Source: Candidatus Delongbacteria bacterium
Lineage (GTDB): Bacteria; UBA4055
DNA length: 64,000 bases
Direction of reading: 5' to 3'
Assembly (NCBI GenBank): GCA_036721445.1
Contig: DAIMKZ010000001.1
Span: forward strand, 1,175-65,174
Shown: in pieces, positions 9,890 through 18,544 of the stretch
Numbering within the stretch: the stretch's first letter is position 1
Layout: each line of letters starts with the position of its first letter
Notes under the pieces: model-generated
What the model saw: the letters and a program-made list of their open reading frames with translations, nothing else
What the model was told of the DNA's origin: nothing
Database searches by the model: none
Program-made: the position numbers and the translations under genes

Positions 9890-12669
9890 TTTTTTCCTCC
9901 GTTTATTCCGATCCTGTCTTTTAAAGAGATCATGGCCGGTAAAAGAAAAGCCGAGCTAATGAAACATGATCCAACACCCAGAACAAGAACTATACCCATG
10001 CTTGCTAGACCTCTATGAGTTGCTATTCCTATGGATCCGAAACTTATCATTGTCGTGAGTGATGTGAGAAGTATTGCCTTACCGGTGAATTTTGTGACTT
10101 TATCTATGGAATTTCTTCCCTCGATCATGTATCTGTGGAGCATGTGTACACCGTCGTCTATGCCTATTCCTATAATAATTGGCAAAGCCATGTAGTTATT
10201 GATATTGAGCTTCATTCCAAAAAGATACATCAGTCCGAGCATCCATACTGAACCGATCGCGAGTGGTACAAGAGCCATAAGAGTGTATTTGAAAGATCTG
10301 AAATCAAGCGTTAGCAGTATTATGATAACTATTGTTCCGAAAAGTATGGACATTGAACCTTTATCTTTCATTATGTCGATAAAGATCAGCATGAGTACGG
10401 GAAGACCGGTTATGTGCTCGTCTATTCTTGAAGTCTGCTCATGGAATCTATTGAGATTCCTCTCCTCCCAGATATTGTTTTTAGGGTAGATAGAAATGAG
10501 AAATCTTCCTGTGTTCTCATTGTAATATCTCTCTTTAATATTCGACGGAAAGGTTTCGAATGATACGATCGTCGTATCAGAGATGTTGTAGAGCAGCTCA
10601 CGGAGTCCGGGCGCATAAGCTTTCTGGAAGGCTGACAGCTTTTCAGCGGCGTCTTCGGTGTTCATGAGCCTGTCGCGGAATTTAAGGATCTTGCTGTCCC
10701 TGTCTTTTTTCCCTGCGATTTCATCGGTTTTAGTTACTATCTTGTTCGACTCTCCCCTGCTCATAACTGAAAGCTCGCCTATCTCAACAAAATTATAGTG
10801 CAGTCTTTCCAGCTCGTCAGCTATTTCTTCCATTTCTTCTGCGTCAACTTCAGGTCTGACCTCAATATTTTTAATTCTGTTTCTGTATTCGGCAAGGAAT
10901 TTCTGATTTTTTCGCTGCTCCTGTTCGGGCTGAAAGAATTCCGACACACATTCAACTCTGCCGATAAGACCTGTTCTGTCAGCAAGTTTTTTGATCTTTG
11001 CGACCTTTGACCTGGCGCTGTCAAGCCCTGTAACAGTGAACATTGCAAAATCAGGCGATATCTCGAATTTATCTATTATCTCGTCCTGGGCGATTATAGC
11101 CGGCATTCCTTCAGGTTCCAGCTTTGTCATATCATATTCATATTCCAGCTTATAAGCACCGTAAACTGAAAGAACTGTCAGGATCAGACTTGCTGTAATA
11201 ACGATAATGATATATGAAGTATGTTTGGATAGTTTTCCTATATTTTCCATAAAATGGAACTGCATGAATTCTGAAACGGCGCGAAATGGTTTAAGTGAAG
11301 CAATTTTGTTAACAGTCTCGTTAAGCGGTTTGATAAGAGGTTTTTTCCTGTTGTCTCTCACAATAAGAGCCGGAAGAAGTACGAACATGGCAGCAAGGGT
11401 CATCATGATTCCTGATCCCATGGCAAATCCCATCTCTCCAAATGCCCTGAAACCCAGGAATATCAGTATAAAAAAGACCATAGCTGTTGTAAGACCTCCC
11501 GTAAGTACTCCGTTGCCTACAGTCTGATACATAGTATCAATAGCCTCTTCGGGGTCTTTGCCGTGATCAAGGGCGTCCCTGTAGCCCGAGAGAAAATGGA
11601 TCGCGAAATCTATTCCGAGTCCGACAAGCATTACTCCGAATGCCGCGGACATAGTGTTCAGGTAGTGAAGGGTTACTGCGAGCAGTCCGGCGACCCAGAT
11701 AATGGAAACAGTAAGAGTTAATATTGAATAAAAGGGAGATTTCCATGACTTGAATGAGCTTATCACAATGAGCATTACGATAAAAAGCGCTGCTACTGTT
11801 GACCATCCGAAATCGTTTACTATCGCCTCCTGCTCCTCATAACCGATTATAGGTGTTCCCGCCAAAGCGAATTCAAGATCGGGAAAACGGTCTTTTATGC
11901 CTGCCATTTCTTCTATTATTATTTCGCACATTATAAGCAGGTTGTCAAAGTCGTCTGTGCTTACAGTAGGCACAATGCTCATAAGGAGCATTTCTCTGTC
12001 TGGTGAGAACATGTATTCATCACCTATAACAAGTTTCGTTGCGCTTTCTTCAGCTTTGACCGTATCCCTGTCAGTCAGGAAAGCGTCGAACGAACTGATG
12101 AAAGCGTAAATATTATTAAGACCGATTACGGCCTGAGCCTCTCCGTCTATTGAGCTCAGATTATCGCTGTCACCCACGAATTCAGATTCGAAATTGTCAT
12201 TTATGTTGGCAAGTATGCCTGCAAAATTCAGATCGGCGTACATTTTTATAAAATTCTTAAGATCTTTGTTTTTCTGGATTATAGCACCATGCTGTCTGAA
12301 AAAATCAACATCCAGTCTGGAATCAACTCTTTTTACAAAATTCACTGTATCGTTTTCAGATATTACTCGAGGTATGAACGCAAACTCTTCAGCGATGATT
12401 TCTGCAGCTTCTATCATCCTTTTCTTATCTTTCGCAGCGCTTTTGATAGTGATCATTATCTGAGCATCGGATGTAAAATCTTCGATTATTCTGTTAAATG
12501 ACTCTACTTGAGGAACATCTGAAGGCATCATATCAGCCAGCTGATTCTTTATTCCCAGGCGCATTGAAAGAAAAAGCTGGAGCACAGTAACACAAATGAT
12601 AAAAAGAATTACCTTCCCGTTATGCCTGATTATAAGTCCGGAAAGTTTTCTGTAGAGTTTCTCTCTCAT
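9886..12669 (-). CDS. MMPL / RND-superfamily exporter
   Basis: Two 5-6 TM bundles each followed by a large periplasmic domain, with 'GIGIDDGVHMLHRY'. The likely start is the ATG at 12669 (MREKLYRK...), 16 nt after the upstream ClC stop. The ORF-track GTG start at 12723 would overlap the ClC gene. Confidence 0.75.
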   Translation of the reverse strand: MREKLYRKLSGLIIRHNGKVILFIICVTVLQLFLSMRLGIKNQLADMMPSDVPQVESFNRIIEDFTSDAQIMITIKSAAKDKKRMIEAAEIIAEEFAFIPRVISENDTVNFVKRVDSRLDVDFFRQHGAIIQKNKDLKNFIKMYADLNFAGILANINDNFESEFVGDSDNLSSIDGEAQAVIGLNNIYAFISSFDAFLTDRDTVKAEESATKLVIGDEYMFSPDREMLLMSIVPTVSTDDFDNLLIMCEIIIEEMAGIKDRFPDLEFALAGTPIIGYEEQEAIVNDFGWSTVAALFIVMLIVISSFKSWKSPFYSILTLTVSIIWVAGLLAVTLHYLNTMSAAFGVMLVGLGIDFAIHFLSGYRDALDHGKDPEEAIDTMYQTVGNGVLTGGLTTAMVFFILIFLGFRAFGEMGFAMGSGIMMTLAAMFVLLPALIVRDNRKKPLIKPLNETVNKIASLKPFRAVSEFMQFHFMENIGKLSKHTSYIIIVITASLILTVLSVYGAYKLEYEYDMTKLEPEGMPAIIAQDEIIDKFEISPDFAMFTVTGLDSARSKVAKIKKLADRTGLIGRVECVSEFFQPEQEQRKNQKFLAEYRNRIKNIEVRPEVDAEEMEEIADELERLHYNFVEIGELSVMSRGESNKIVTKTDEIAGKKDRDSKILKFRDRLMNTEDAAEKLSAFQKAYAPGLRELLYNISDTTIVSFETFPSNIKERYYNENTGRFLISIYPKNNIWEERNLNRFHEQTSRIDEHITGLPVLMLIFIDIMKDKGSMSILFGTIVIIILLTLDFRSFKYTLMALVPLAIGSVWMLGLMYLFGMKLNINNYMALPIIIGIGIDDGVHMLHRYMIEGRNSIDKVTKFTGKAILLTSLTTMISFGSIGIATHRGLASMGIVLVLGVGSCFISSAFLLPAMISLKDRIGINGGKK

Positions 12670-12685
12670 TTTATCTGCCTGAAAT

Positions 12686-14410
12686 TTAAGATTGTACCGC
12701 GCTCTGAGCTCTGATAAGATCACGCAGAGTTACGATTCCTACGATCTTTTCTGACTGCCTGTCCAGAACCGTAAGAACATAAATGTCATATTCTATGAAC
12801 CTGTTGCCGATATCTTTAAGGCTTTCGTCTGAATAACATGTACCTGCCTTGTGTACGGGCGGCATTACTTTATCCTTCAAGGAATTCTGCATTTCTGTTC
12901 TGCCCATGATCCCTTCGAGTTTACCGTCAATTATAAACGGGAATGCTTTGTAAGGATACGATTCGAGGCTGTTCTCGACGGATGAAAGACTCAATTCCGG
13001 AACATAAGCGACTTTCGGATTCATGATTACCGATATCGGAAGATTCTGCCATCCCTGAAGATCTACGGGCGGTTTTATTTTGTGGAATTCGTGGCCGTCC
13101 TGAATAAGCAGAGCTTCATAGAAGTTCATTCCGGAGAATTTTTTCGCAACTGCCTGACTTATTATTATACCTATCATTAATGCGGGCACCAGCTCAAACT
13201 GGTGCGTCATTTCGAAAACTATGAGAACTGATGTCAGAGGCGCGTGAAGCAGACCTCCGAGATACGCGCTCATTCCGACCGCAGCAAGTACAATATGGTC
13301 GGCGGTGGTCAGAGGCAGCCAGATATCGGCAATACCCGCAATAAAGAATCCGCAGAAAGCTCCGATAAAAAGTGACGGAGCGAATATTCCTCCGCAGCCG
13401 CCGAAACTGTAGCTTCCCCATGTTGCGAGCAGTTTTCCCGCAAGCAGTATTCCGGCTATCTGCCAGCCTATCCTGTTGCTCATTGCCTCGGAAAGATCCT
13501 GATATCCTAGACCGAACACACCAATTTTATCAGTTGCCAAATACACCGTGATCCCAATCATCCATGTGATCAGACCTCCGAAAAGCGGGAGCAGCCATCC
13601 GGGTATTTTTTTCTGCTTTTTTAATTTGTAGCGGTATTGAAGAGTAAATTTCTGATACATTGACGCAAGATATGATGCGGCGGCGGCTACAAATGGTACT
13701 ACGGCATAATGGAACCAGCTTATATTCTTGATCGACGGCAGCGAAAATGAAGGCTGCCTTCCCAGGGTGGCAAAAACGACGAACGCACCGACGACCGAAG
13801 ACAGAACTACCCTGCCCAGATATCTGTTGTTAAGATCTCCGACTATCTCTTCGATCACAAAACTGATAGCGGCAAGAGGTGTATTGAAAGCAGCCGCAAG
13901 ACCTGCTGATGCGCCTACAAGATTTGCCGCCCTTTTATTCCTCGGTGAACCTCCGAGCAAACCATCCAGATTCGTCGCAATGCTGCTTCCGATGAAAACG
14001 GAAGGACCCTCCCTGCCGAGACTGTTGCCTCCGCCTATACTGAGAGCGCCTGCAATAAATTTGATTACAGCGGGTCTGATCTTAATATTCCCCATTTGTT
14101 TCCAGTATGAAGACTTAACCTGCGGTATCCCGCTTCCTGCCGCATCAGGGCTCAATACGAACAGTAAAAATCCAACGATAAGCGAGGTTACCGATATCAT
14201 AAGAAAGCTGGCAACGACAAAATATAATTTAGATTCCTCTGCGAAACGAAGGTAAGTAAGAGCGAATATCTTCTTAACCGTGAACATAAACACAACAGCC
14301 GAGAGAGCCGCAGTCATACTGAGTATAAGAGTAACTATTATCGGTCTGGTATTCTCAGGTATCCGCTGCAGGATAGAAGATATGAAATTCTTAAGTTTTC
14401 TATAAGGCAT
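12686..14410 (-). CDS. ClC family voltage-gated chloride channel / H+-Cl- antiporter with C-terminal CBS pair
   Basis: 'GNSLGREGPSVFIGSS' (GxEGP selectivity motif), a second 'GIFAPSLFIGA', and a C-terminal CBS-like domain. Confidence 0.8.
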   Translation of the reverse strand: MPYRKLKNFISSILQRIPENTRPIIVTLILSMTAALSAVVFMFTVKKIFALTYLRFAEESKLYFVVASFLMISVTSLIVGFLLFVLSPDAAGSGIPQVKSSYWKQMGNIKIRPAVIKFIAGALSIGGGNSLGREGPSVFIGSSIATNLDGLLGGSPRNKRAANLVGASAGLAAAFNTPLAAISFVIEEIVGDLNNRYLGRVVLSSVVGAFVVFATLGRQPSFSLPSIKNISWFHYAVVPFVAAAASYLASMYQKFTLQYRYKLKKQKKIPGWLLPLFGGLITWMIGITVYLATDKIGVFGLGYQDLSEAMSNRIGWQIAGILLAGKLLATWGSYSFGGCGGIFAPSLFIGAFCGFFIAGIADIWLPLTTADHIVLAAVGMSAYLGGLLHAPLTSVLIVFEMTHQFELVPALMIGIIISQAVAKKFSGMNFYEALLIQDGHEFHKIKPPVDLQGWQNLPISVIMNPKVAYVPELSLSSVENSLESYPYKAFPFIIDGKLEGIMGRTEMQNSLKDKVMPPVHKAGTCYSDESLKDIGNRFIEYDIYVLTVLDRQSEKIVGIVTLRDLIRAQSAVQS

Positions 14411-15149
14411 CGTCCGCCGCCCTTGATATTAAATCAGTAACCTCCCGCCAGCTGTTTGCCGTGAAATCGGCGGTTGTCAGTTCGCTGTCATCGTTACGGA
14501 ATCCCGTAAAAAGTATAGAGTGCATTCCTGACGATCTTGCTCCTATAATATCCTTATCCTCCCTGTCGCCAATGTGTACCATCTGTTCAGTCCTGCAGCC
14601 GGCTTTCTCGGAAGCGAGTTTGAAAGCTCTCTCGTCAGGTTTTGAAAAACCGGTCTCATCGGAGAAAACGCCGTAGCAGAACCTATCCAGCAGATCATTC
14701 TTCTCCAGAGCCTTTCTCAGCTCTCTTCCGGGCTCGAAGCCTGTATCAGATATTATTATCATTTTATACTTTTCCGATAATTTCCTGATCGAATCCGCTA
14801 TTTCAGGTCTAAGATCAAAATATTTCTTGGTAATTAGGCTTTCATTATAACTTACAAGTTCGGAGAAATCGTTTTCATCAAATTCTACACCAGTAAGTTT
14901 TTCGATATGCCTGAACATTTCGGGAGTAGTCGGTGTCCTTCTGTGATTGTGCCATATATCTTCAAAGTGATCGTAGATCGATCTCATCAGCTTTTCGGAA
15001 GTATCAAAGGTAATATCGTACTTCCCGAATATACGCGACGAATGCTCCACTCTTTCCTGAAATATCTCTTCAGTGAAAGGATAAGGCGCAATCGTGTCCC
15101 AGAAATCTACAGTTACAGCTTTGATTTTCAATGCGGTGATCCTCCTCAT
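14400..15149 (-). CDS. HAD-superfamily hydrolase (subfamily IA-like)
   Basis: Motif I 'VTVDFWDT' and motif IV 'HIGDREDKDIIGA'. Overlaps the ClC start by 11 nt. Confidence 0.6.
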   Translation of the reverse strand: MRRITALKIKAVTVDFWDTIAPYPFTEEIFQERVEHSSRIFGKYDITFDTSEKLMRSIYDHFEDIWHNHRRTPTTPEMFRHIEKLTGVEFDENDFSELVSYNESLITKKYFDLRPEIADSIRKLSEKYKMIIISDTGFEPGRELRKALEKNDLLDRFCYGVFSDETGFSKPDERAFKLASEKAGCRTEQMVHIGDREDKDIIGARSSGMHSILFTGFRNDDSELTTADFTANSWREVTDLISRAADDAL

Positions 15150-15261
15150 TACATACTGTCCCTAAATATATATAATTAATCTTAATCTATCAAGCATTAC
15201 AATTAACTTGCAGAAATAATTGTTTTTGGCTAAATTTGTTCAAAAAAACGGACGCAGTTAA

Positions 15262-16032
15262 ATGGCTTCAAAAATATTTCATGTCGGTATTGATCTTCAC
15301 GGAACTCTGATAACTAATAAAGAATTCCTTTCGGAAGGGTCTGAAAATGAGCTCAGAGAAGTAATTGAATCAAAACCTGACGACATAAAACTCTATTTAT
15401 GTACAGGGAATGACCTTCCGTTCGTAAAACGAAAGCTCGGGAGTCTTGCAGGGCTTTTTGACGGAGCTGTACTGGAAACAGGCTGTGTGATCTCCGAAGA
15501 TATGGAGAAGGAGGAAGTGATCGTTCCCGAGTCCATTGTTGATCAGATCAAAGCCCTCGAGAATACTCTGATAGACTGTGATTATCCCGAGATATATAAG
15601 TTCGCAAGAAGACTCTCTACAATAAGTATGTTCACGAAATATGAATTCAGCCTGGAAGATTTTTTTCAGAAGATAAGCAGTGAGCTTAAATTCATTGATT
15701 TCGCACGAGTTACCCGTTCGAGCGTTGCGGTAGATATTATACCTGCAAAGAGGGACAAATTCAACGGTATCGAATATTTCGGAAAGGGCAGCGGAGTGTT
15801 TGTTTCGGTGGCTGATTCTCTAAACGATCTTGAATGGCTTAAGAAATCCGATATTTCATACATGCCGGGAAACGCTGACCCTGTAACCGTCAGTTTGCTT
15901 GAAAAATCAAAAAAAAGAGTACCTCTCGGTTCTGAACTGGATAACAAAAGCCTGTACATAAGCGGCAGAACTGAAACTTTCGGAGTTATTGATATATTAA
16001 GAAATCTTTTTGATAATTACAGATCGTTCTGA
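15262..16032 (+). CDS. HAD-IIB (Cof/sucrose-phosphatase-like) hydrolase homolog with atypical motif I
   Basis: 'GIDLHGTL' corresponds to DxDGT with His replacing the second Asp. A cap-domain-sized insert and 'ADSLNDLEW' (GDSxND-like) are present. Confidence 0.45.
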   Translation: MASKIFHVGIDLHGTLITNKEFLSEGSENELREVIESKPDDIKLYLCTGNDLPFVKRKLGSLAGLFDGAVLETGCVISEDMEKEEVIVPESIVDQIKALENTLIDCDYPEIYKFARRLSTISMFTKYEFSLEDFFQKISSELKFIDFARVTRSSVAVDIIPAKRDKFNGIEYFGKGSGVFVSVADSLNDLEWLKKSDISYMPGNADPVTVSLLEKSKKRVPLGSELDNKSLYISGRTETFGVIDILRNLFDNYRSF

Positions 16033-16979
16033 TCAAGCATTGAACTGGCTGCTTCAAGATCGATTCTTTTGTCGCTGATATAAATGTTCATATCGTTAAT
16101 AAGTTCTTTTTTTATCAGATCAACCAGCTTTTCCTGTTTGAATACAGAACCGTGAAGAACTACGAAAGGAGCTTTCCTGTCTATATGTTCCGAACAGTTC
16201 CTGACAAGTTCGATAAGCTCCGAGGCTCCCCTCTCAATTATCTCTTCAGCGACTTTACATCCGTTTTCGGCAGCCGCAAAAACCAGTTCGGACGCGGAAG
16301 AAATTACTGACCTTGCATCTCCTTTGTAAATAACCTCGAATAACTCATCCGTTCTTTGAACACCAAAATGACTTTTTACCAAATCTTCAAGTAAAGACCC
16401 TTTTCCAAAATGATAATACGACCTGAAGGCTGCTTTGACCGCCTCTTTTCCGAACCAGAATCCGGAACCTGCATCATCTATCAGATATCCGAAACCACCT
16501 GTTCTGAAAAGGTCTCCGTTCTGATCTTTTCCATAGCATATACTTCCCGTTCCTGATATTAGCAGCAGCCCAGGTTTTTCGGCAAAATATACATTCAGTG
16601 CAAGAAGCGCGTCAGAATTAATGATCAGATGACCTATTGAAATATCATAACCCAGCGCAGCTTTTTTAAAAACATTTCTGAATCTTGTCTCATAATCGTC
16701 TGAAGATGTTCCGGCAAAACCGGCGGTGATATTTATCAGCGTTTTTATCCTCAACCTGTCTTTCAGGTTAATAAAAGCCTCTCTGAACATTGTCAGGACA
16801 TTTTCTTCGAATTCGTCTCCGTTAAGAAGGTTTGAAGGTCCGTAACTTCCGGAAAACGCAATTCTGCCCTCTTTATCAAGTATGGTGATATTTGTTTTTG
16901 TTCCGCCGCCGTCTATACCGGCATAAAGAACTGAAGGCCCGTAAACTTTATTCTCCTGACCGGATTGCAGATCAGTCAT
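16017..16979 (-). CDS. BadF/BadG/BcrA/BcrD-type ATPase (N-acetylglucosamine kinase-like)
   Basis: 'GIDGGGTKT' phosphate-1 motif, about 320 aa ASKHA fold. Confidence 0.65.
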   Translation of the reverse strand: MTDLQSGQENKVYGPSVLYAGIDGGGTKTNITILDKEGRIAFSGSYGPSNLLNGDEFEENVLTMFREAFINLKDRLRIKTLINITAGFAGTSSDDYETRFRNVFKKAALGYDISIGHLIINSDALLALNVYFAEKPGLLLISGTGSICYGKDQNGDLFRTGGFGYLIDDAGSGFWFGKEAVKAAFRSYYHFGKGSLLEDLVKSHFGVQRTDELFEVIYKGDARSVISSASELVFAAAENGCKVAEEIIERGASELIELVRNCSEHIDRKAPFVVLHGSVFKQEKLVDLIKKELINDMNIYISDKRIDLEAASSMLDQNDL

Positions 16980-17787
16980 TCAAATATCCGCTGATAAATT
17001 CAATCTTCTGCATTATTATCATTATCCCCCTTCTTTCAGGCAGCGTTCCCACGATATGATCAAGTTTCCTTATCGTATCATTAGCTTTTTCTGTAGGCAG
17101 AACGACGATCAGGATCTTATGGAATTTTGTGCTTTTATCCGACCATATTTTTCCGAAGAAAGCGCTTTCTTTCATGTACTTTCTTGCGTCTGTTCCCTCT
17201 ATTATAGAAATATCCCTGTCCTTAACTTCTGAAAGTATATCCATGATCTCATGGAATTTCTTTTCGGCCTGACAGAATATCCTCAGCATGGAATATTCTT
17301 CTTTCTGCTTTTTATCCTTACCGGCAGGCAACGCGTATTTCAGAAATTTCTCTCTTACGGCTACCGAGTTTAGCTGAGAACTTATATCGTCCATCGCACC
17401 CGGCTGTCTTAGAGTGCCTGAAACCTGAGACAGGAATCGGATATGCTGGTTCTTCTTCTTTTCGGGAGCTATTATGAAGACCAGAAATTTCACCGGTTTG
17501 CCGTCCATAGCCTCGAACTCTGCTCCGTCCGGATAAATTATTATGCCGATCACGAACTCGTCAATGTTGGGAAGCGCGCAATGCGGGATGGCGATGTTGT
17601 TGCCGAATCCTGTGCTGCCCAGCTCTTCCCTGTCTCTCAATTTTCTTAATACCTCGGTTTTTGAGTGAACTGCGGGACCGGTGCTTCTCAGCACGAGTTC
17701 GGCTATCTGGTTCAGCACTTCATCCTTCGTGTGATGTCCCGAAATAATTTCAATGAGTTCCGGCTTAATATAATCGGATATGTCCAT
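16972..17787 (-). CDS. PTS EIIA (fructose/mannitol/Ntr type, PtsN-like) fused to C-terminal domain of unknown function
   Basis: 'GFGNNIAIPHC' active-site His motif of PTS_EIIA_2 in the N-terminal about 150 aa. About 120 aa of extra C-terminal sequence is unassigned. Confidence 0.6.
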   Translation of the reverse strand: MDISDYIKPELIEIISGHHTKDEVLNQIAELVLRSTGPAVHSKTEVLRKLRDREELGSTGFGNNIAIPHCALPNIDEFVIGIIIYPDGAEFEAMDGKPVKFLVFIIAPEKKKNQHIRFLSQVSGTLRQPGAMDDISSQLNSVAVREKFLKYALPAGKDKKQKEEYSMLRIFCQAEKKFHEIMDILSEVKDRDISIIEGTDARKYMKESAFFGKIWSDKSTKFHKILIVVLPTEKANDTIRKLDHIVGTLPERRGIMIIMQKIEFISGYLND

Positions 17788-17933
17788 AGGATCTCCATTA
17801 ATTTTCCTTCATGAAATCTAAACAAATCAGGGCGGTTCTTCAAGTGGTTTAATCGATATTTTAGTAAAAAAACATTAGAGATTATGAGAATTTATGGTTA
17901 TAATTGGCTGTTAATAAAATGACGGATCGTAAA

Positions 17934-18530
17934 ATGAAAATACTGCTCGCTACACATAACAAAAACAAGATCGTAGAGATAACAAAAGCCCTTGAAGGCT
18001 GCGGATTTGAAATACTGTCTCTGAACGATAAGCCCGACCTTCCGGATGTTATAGAAGACGGAGACACTCTCGAGCACAATTCACTCAAGAAAGCTATGGA
18101 GATATACGAGCATTCCGGAATAATGACCCTTGCCGACGACACAGGACTCGAAGTCGAATACCTTAAAGGAGAACCCGGTGTATATTCCGCAAGATGGGCT
18201 GGTGAAGGGTGTACTTACGACGACAACAACCGGAAGATGCTGAAAGAACTCGACGGAGTACCTGAAGAGAAGAGAAACGCTGAGTTCAGGTGCGTAATCA
18301 CTCTATACGGAAGCGGCGTGCTTAAAACAGCGGACGGCGTGCTGAAGGGAAAGATTATAAAGGAGCCGAAAGGTGTAAAAGGCTTCGGTTACGACCCTAT
18401 ATTCATGCCTGACGGGTACGATATTACTCTTGCTGAGATGCCTCTTGAGGAAAAGAACCTGATCAGCCACAGAGGTCATGCCGTTGCTAAAATGGCGGAG
18501 ATAATAAAGGAAATGAAAAAGGCGGATTGA
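17934..18530 (+). CDS. rdgB: dITP/XTP pyrophosphatase (RdgB/Ham1)
   Basis: 'MKILLATHNKNK...ADDTGLEVEYLKGEPGVYSAR' is the canonical Ham1 motif set. The likely start is the internal ATG at 17934 (MKILLATHNK...) rather than the ORF-track start at 17904. Confidence 0.8.
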   Translation: MKILLATHNKNKIVEITKALEGCGFEILSLNDKPDLPDVIEDGDTLEHNSLKKAMEIYEHSGIMTLADDTGLEVEYLKGEPGVYSARWAGEGCTYDDNNRKMLKELDGVPEEKRNAEFRCVITLYGSGVLKTADGVLKGKIIKEPKGVKGFGYDPIFMPDGYDITLAEMPLEEKNLISHRGHAVAKMAEIIKEMKKAD

Positions 18531-18544
18531 ACCGCCTTTTTTTT
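18515..18544. terminator. bidirectional rho-independent terminator between convergent rdgB and carboxyltransferase genes
   Basis: A5-GGCGG-attgaa-CCGCC-T8. Both stop codons (TGA at 18528-18530 on plus, TAA complement at 18543-18545) fall inside the structure. Confidence 0.5.

Noticed and set aside
15200-15261. Possible sigma-54 promoter (TGGC...TTGTT) upstream of the HAD-IIB gene.
   Set aside because: The GG-N10-GC spacing is not satisfied (8 nt instead of 10), so it is a weak chance match.
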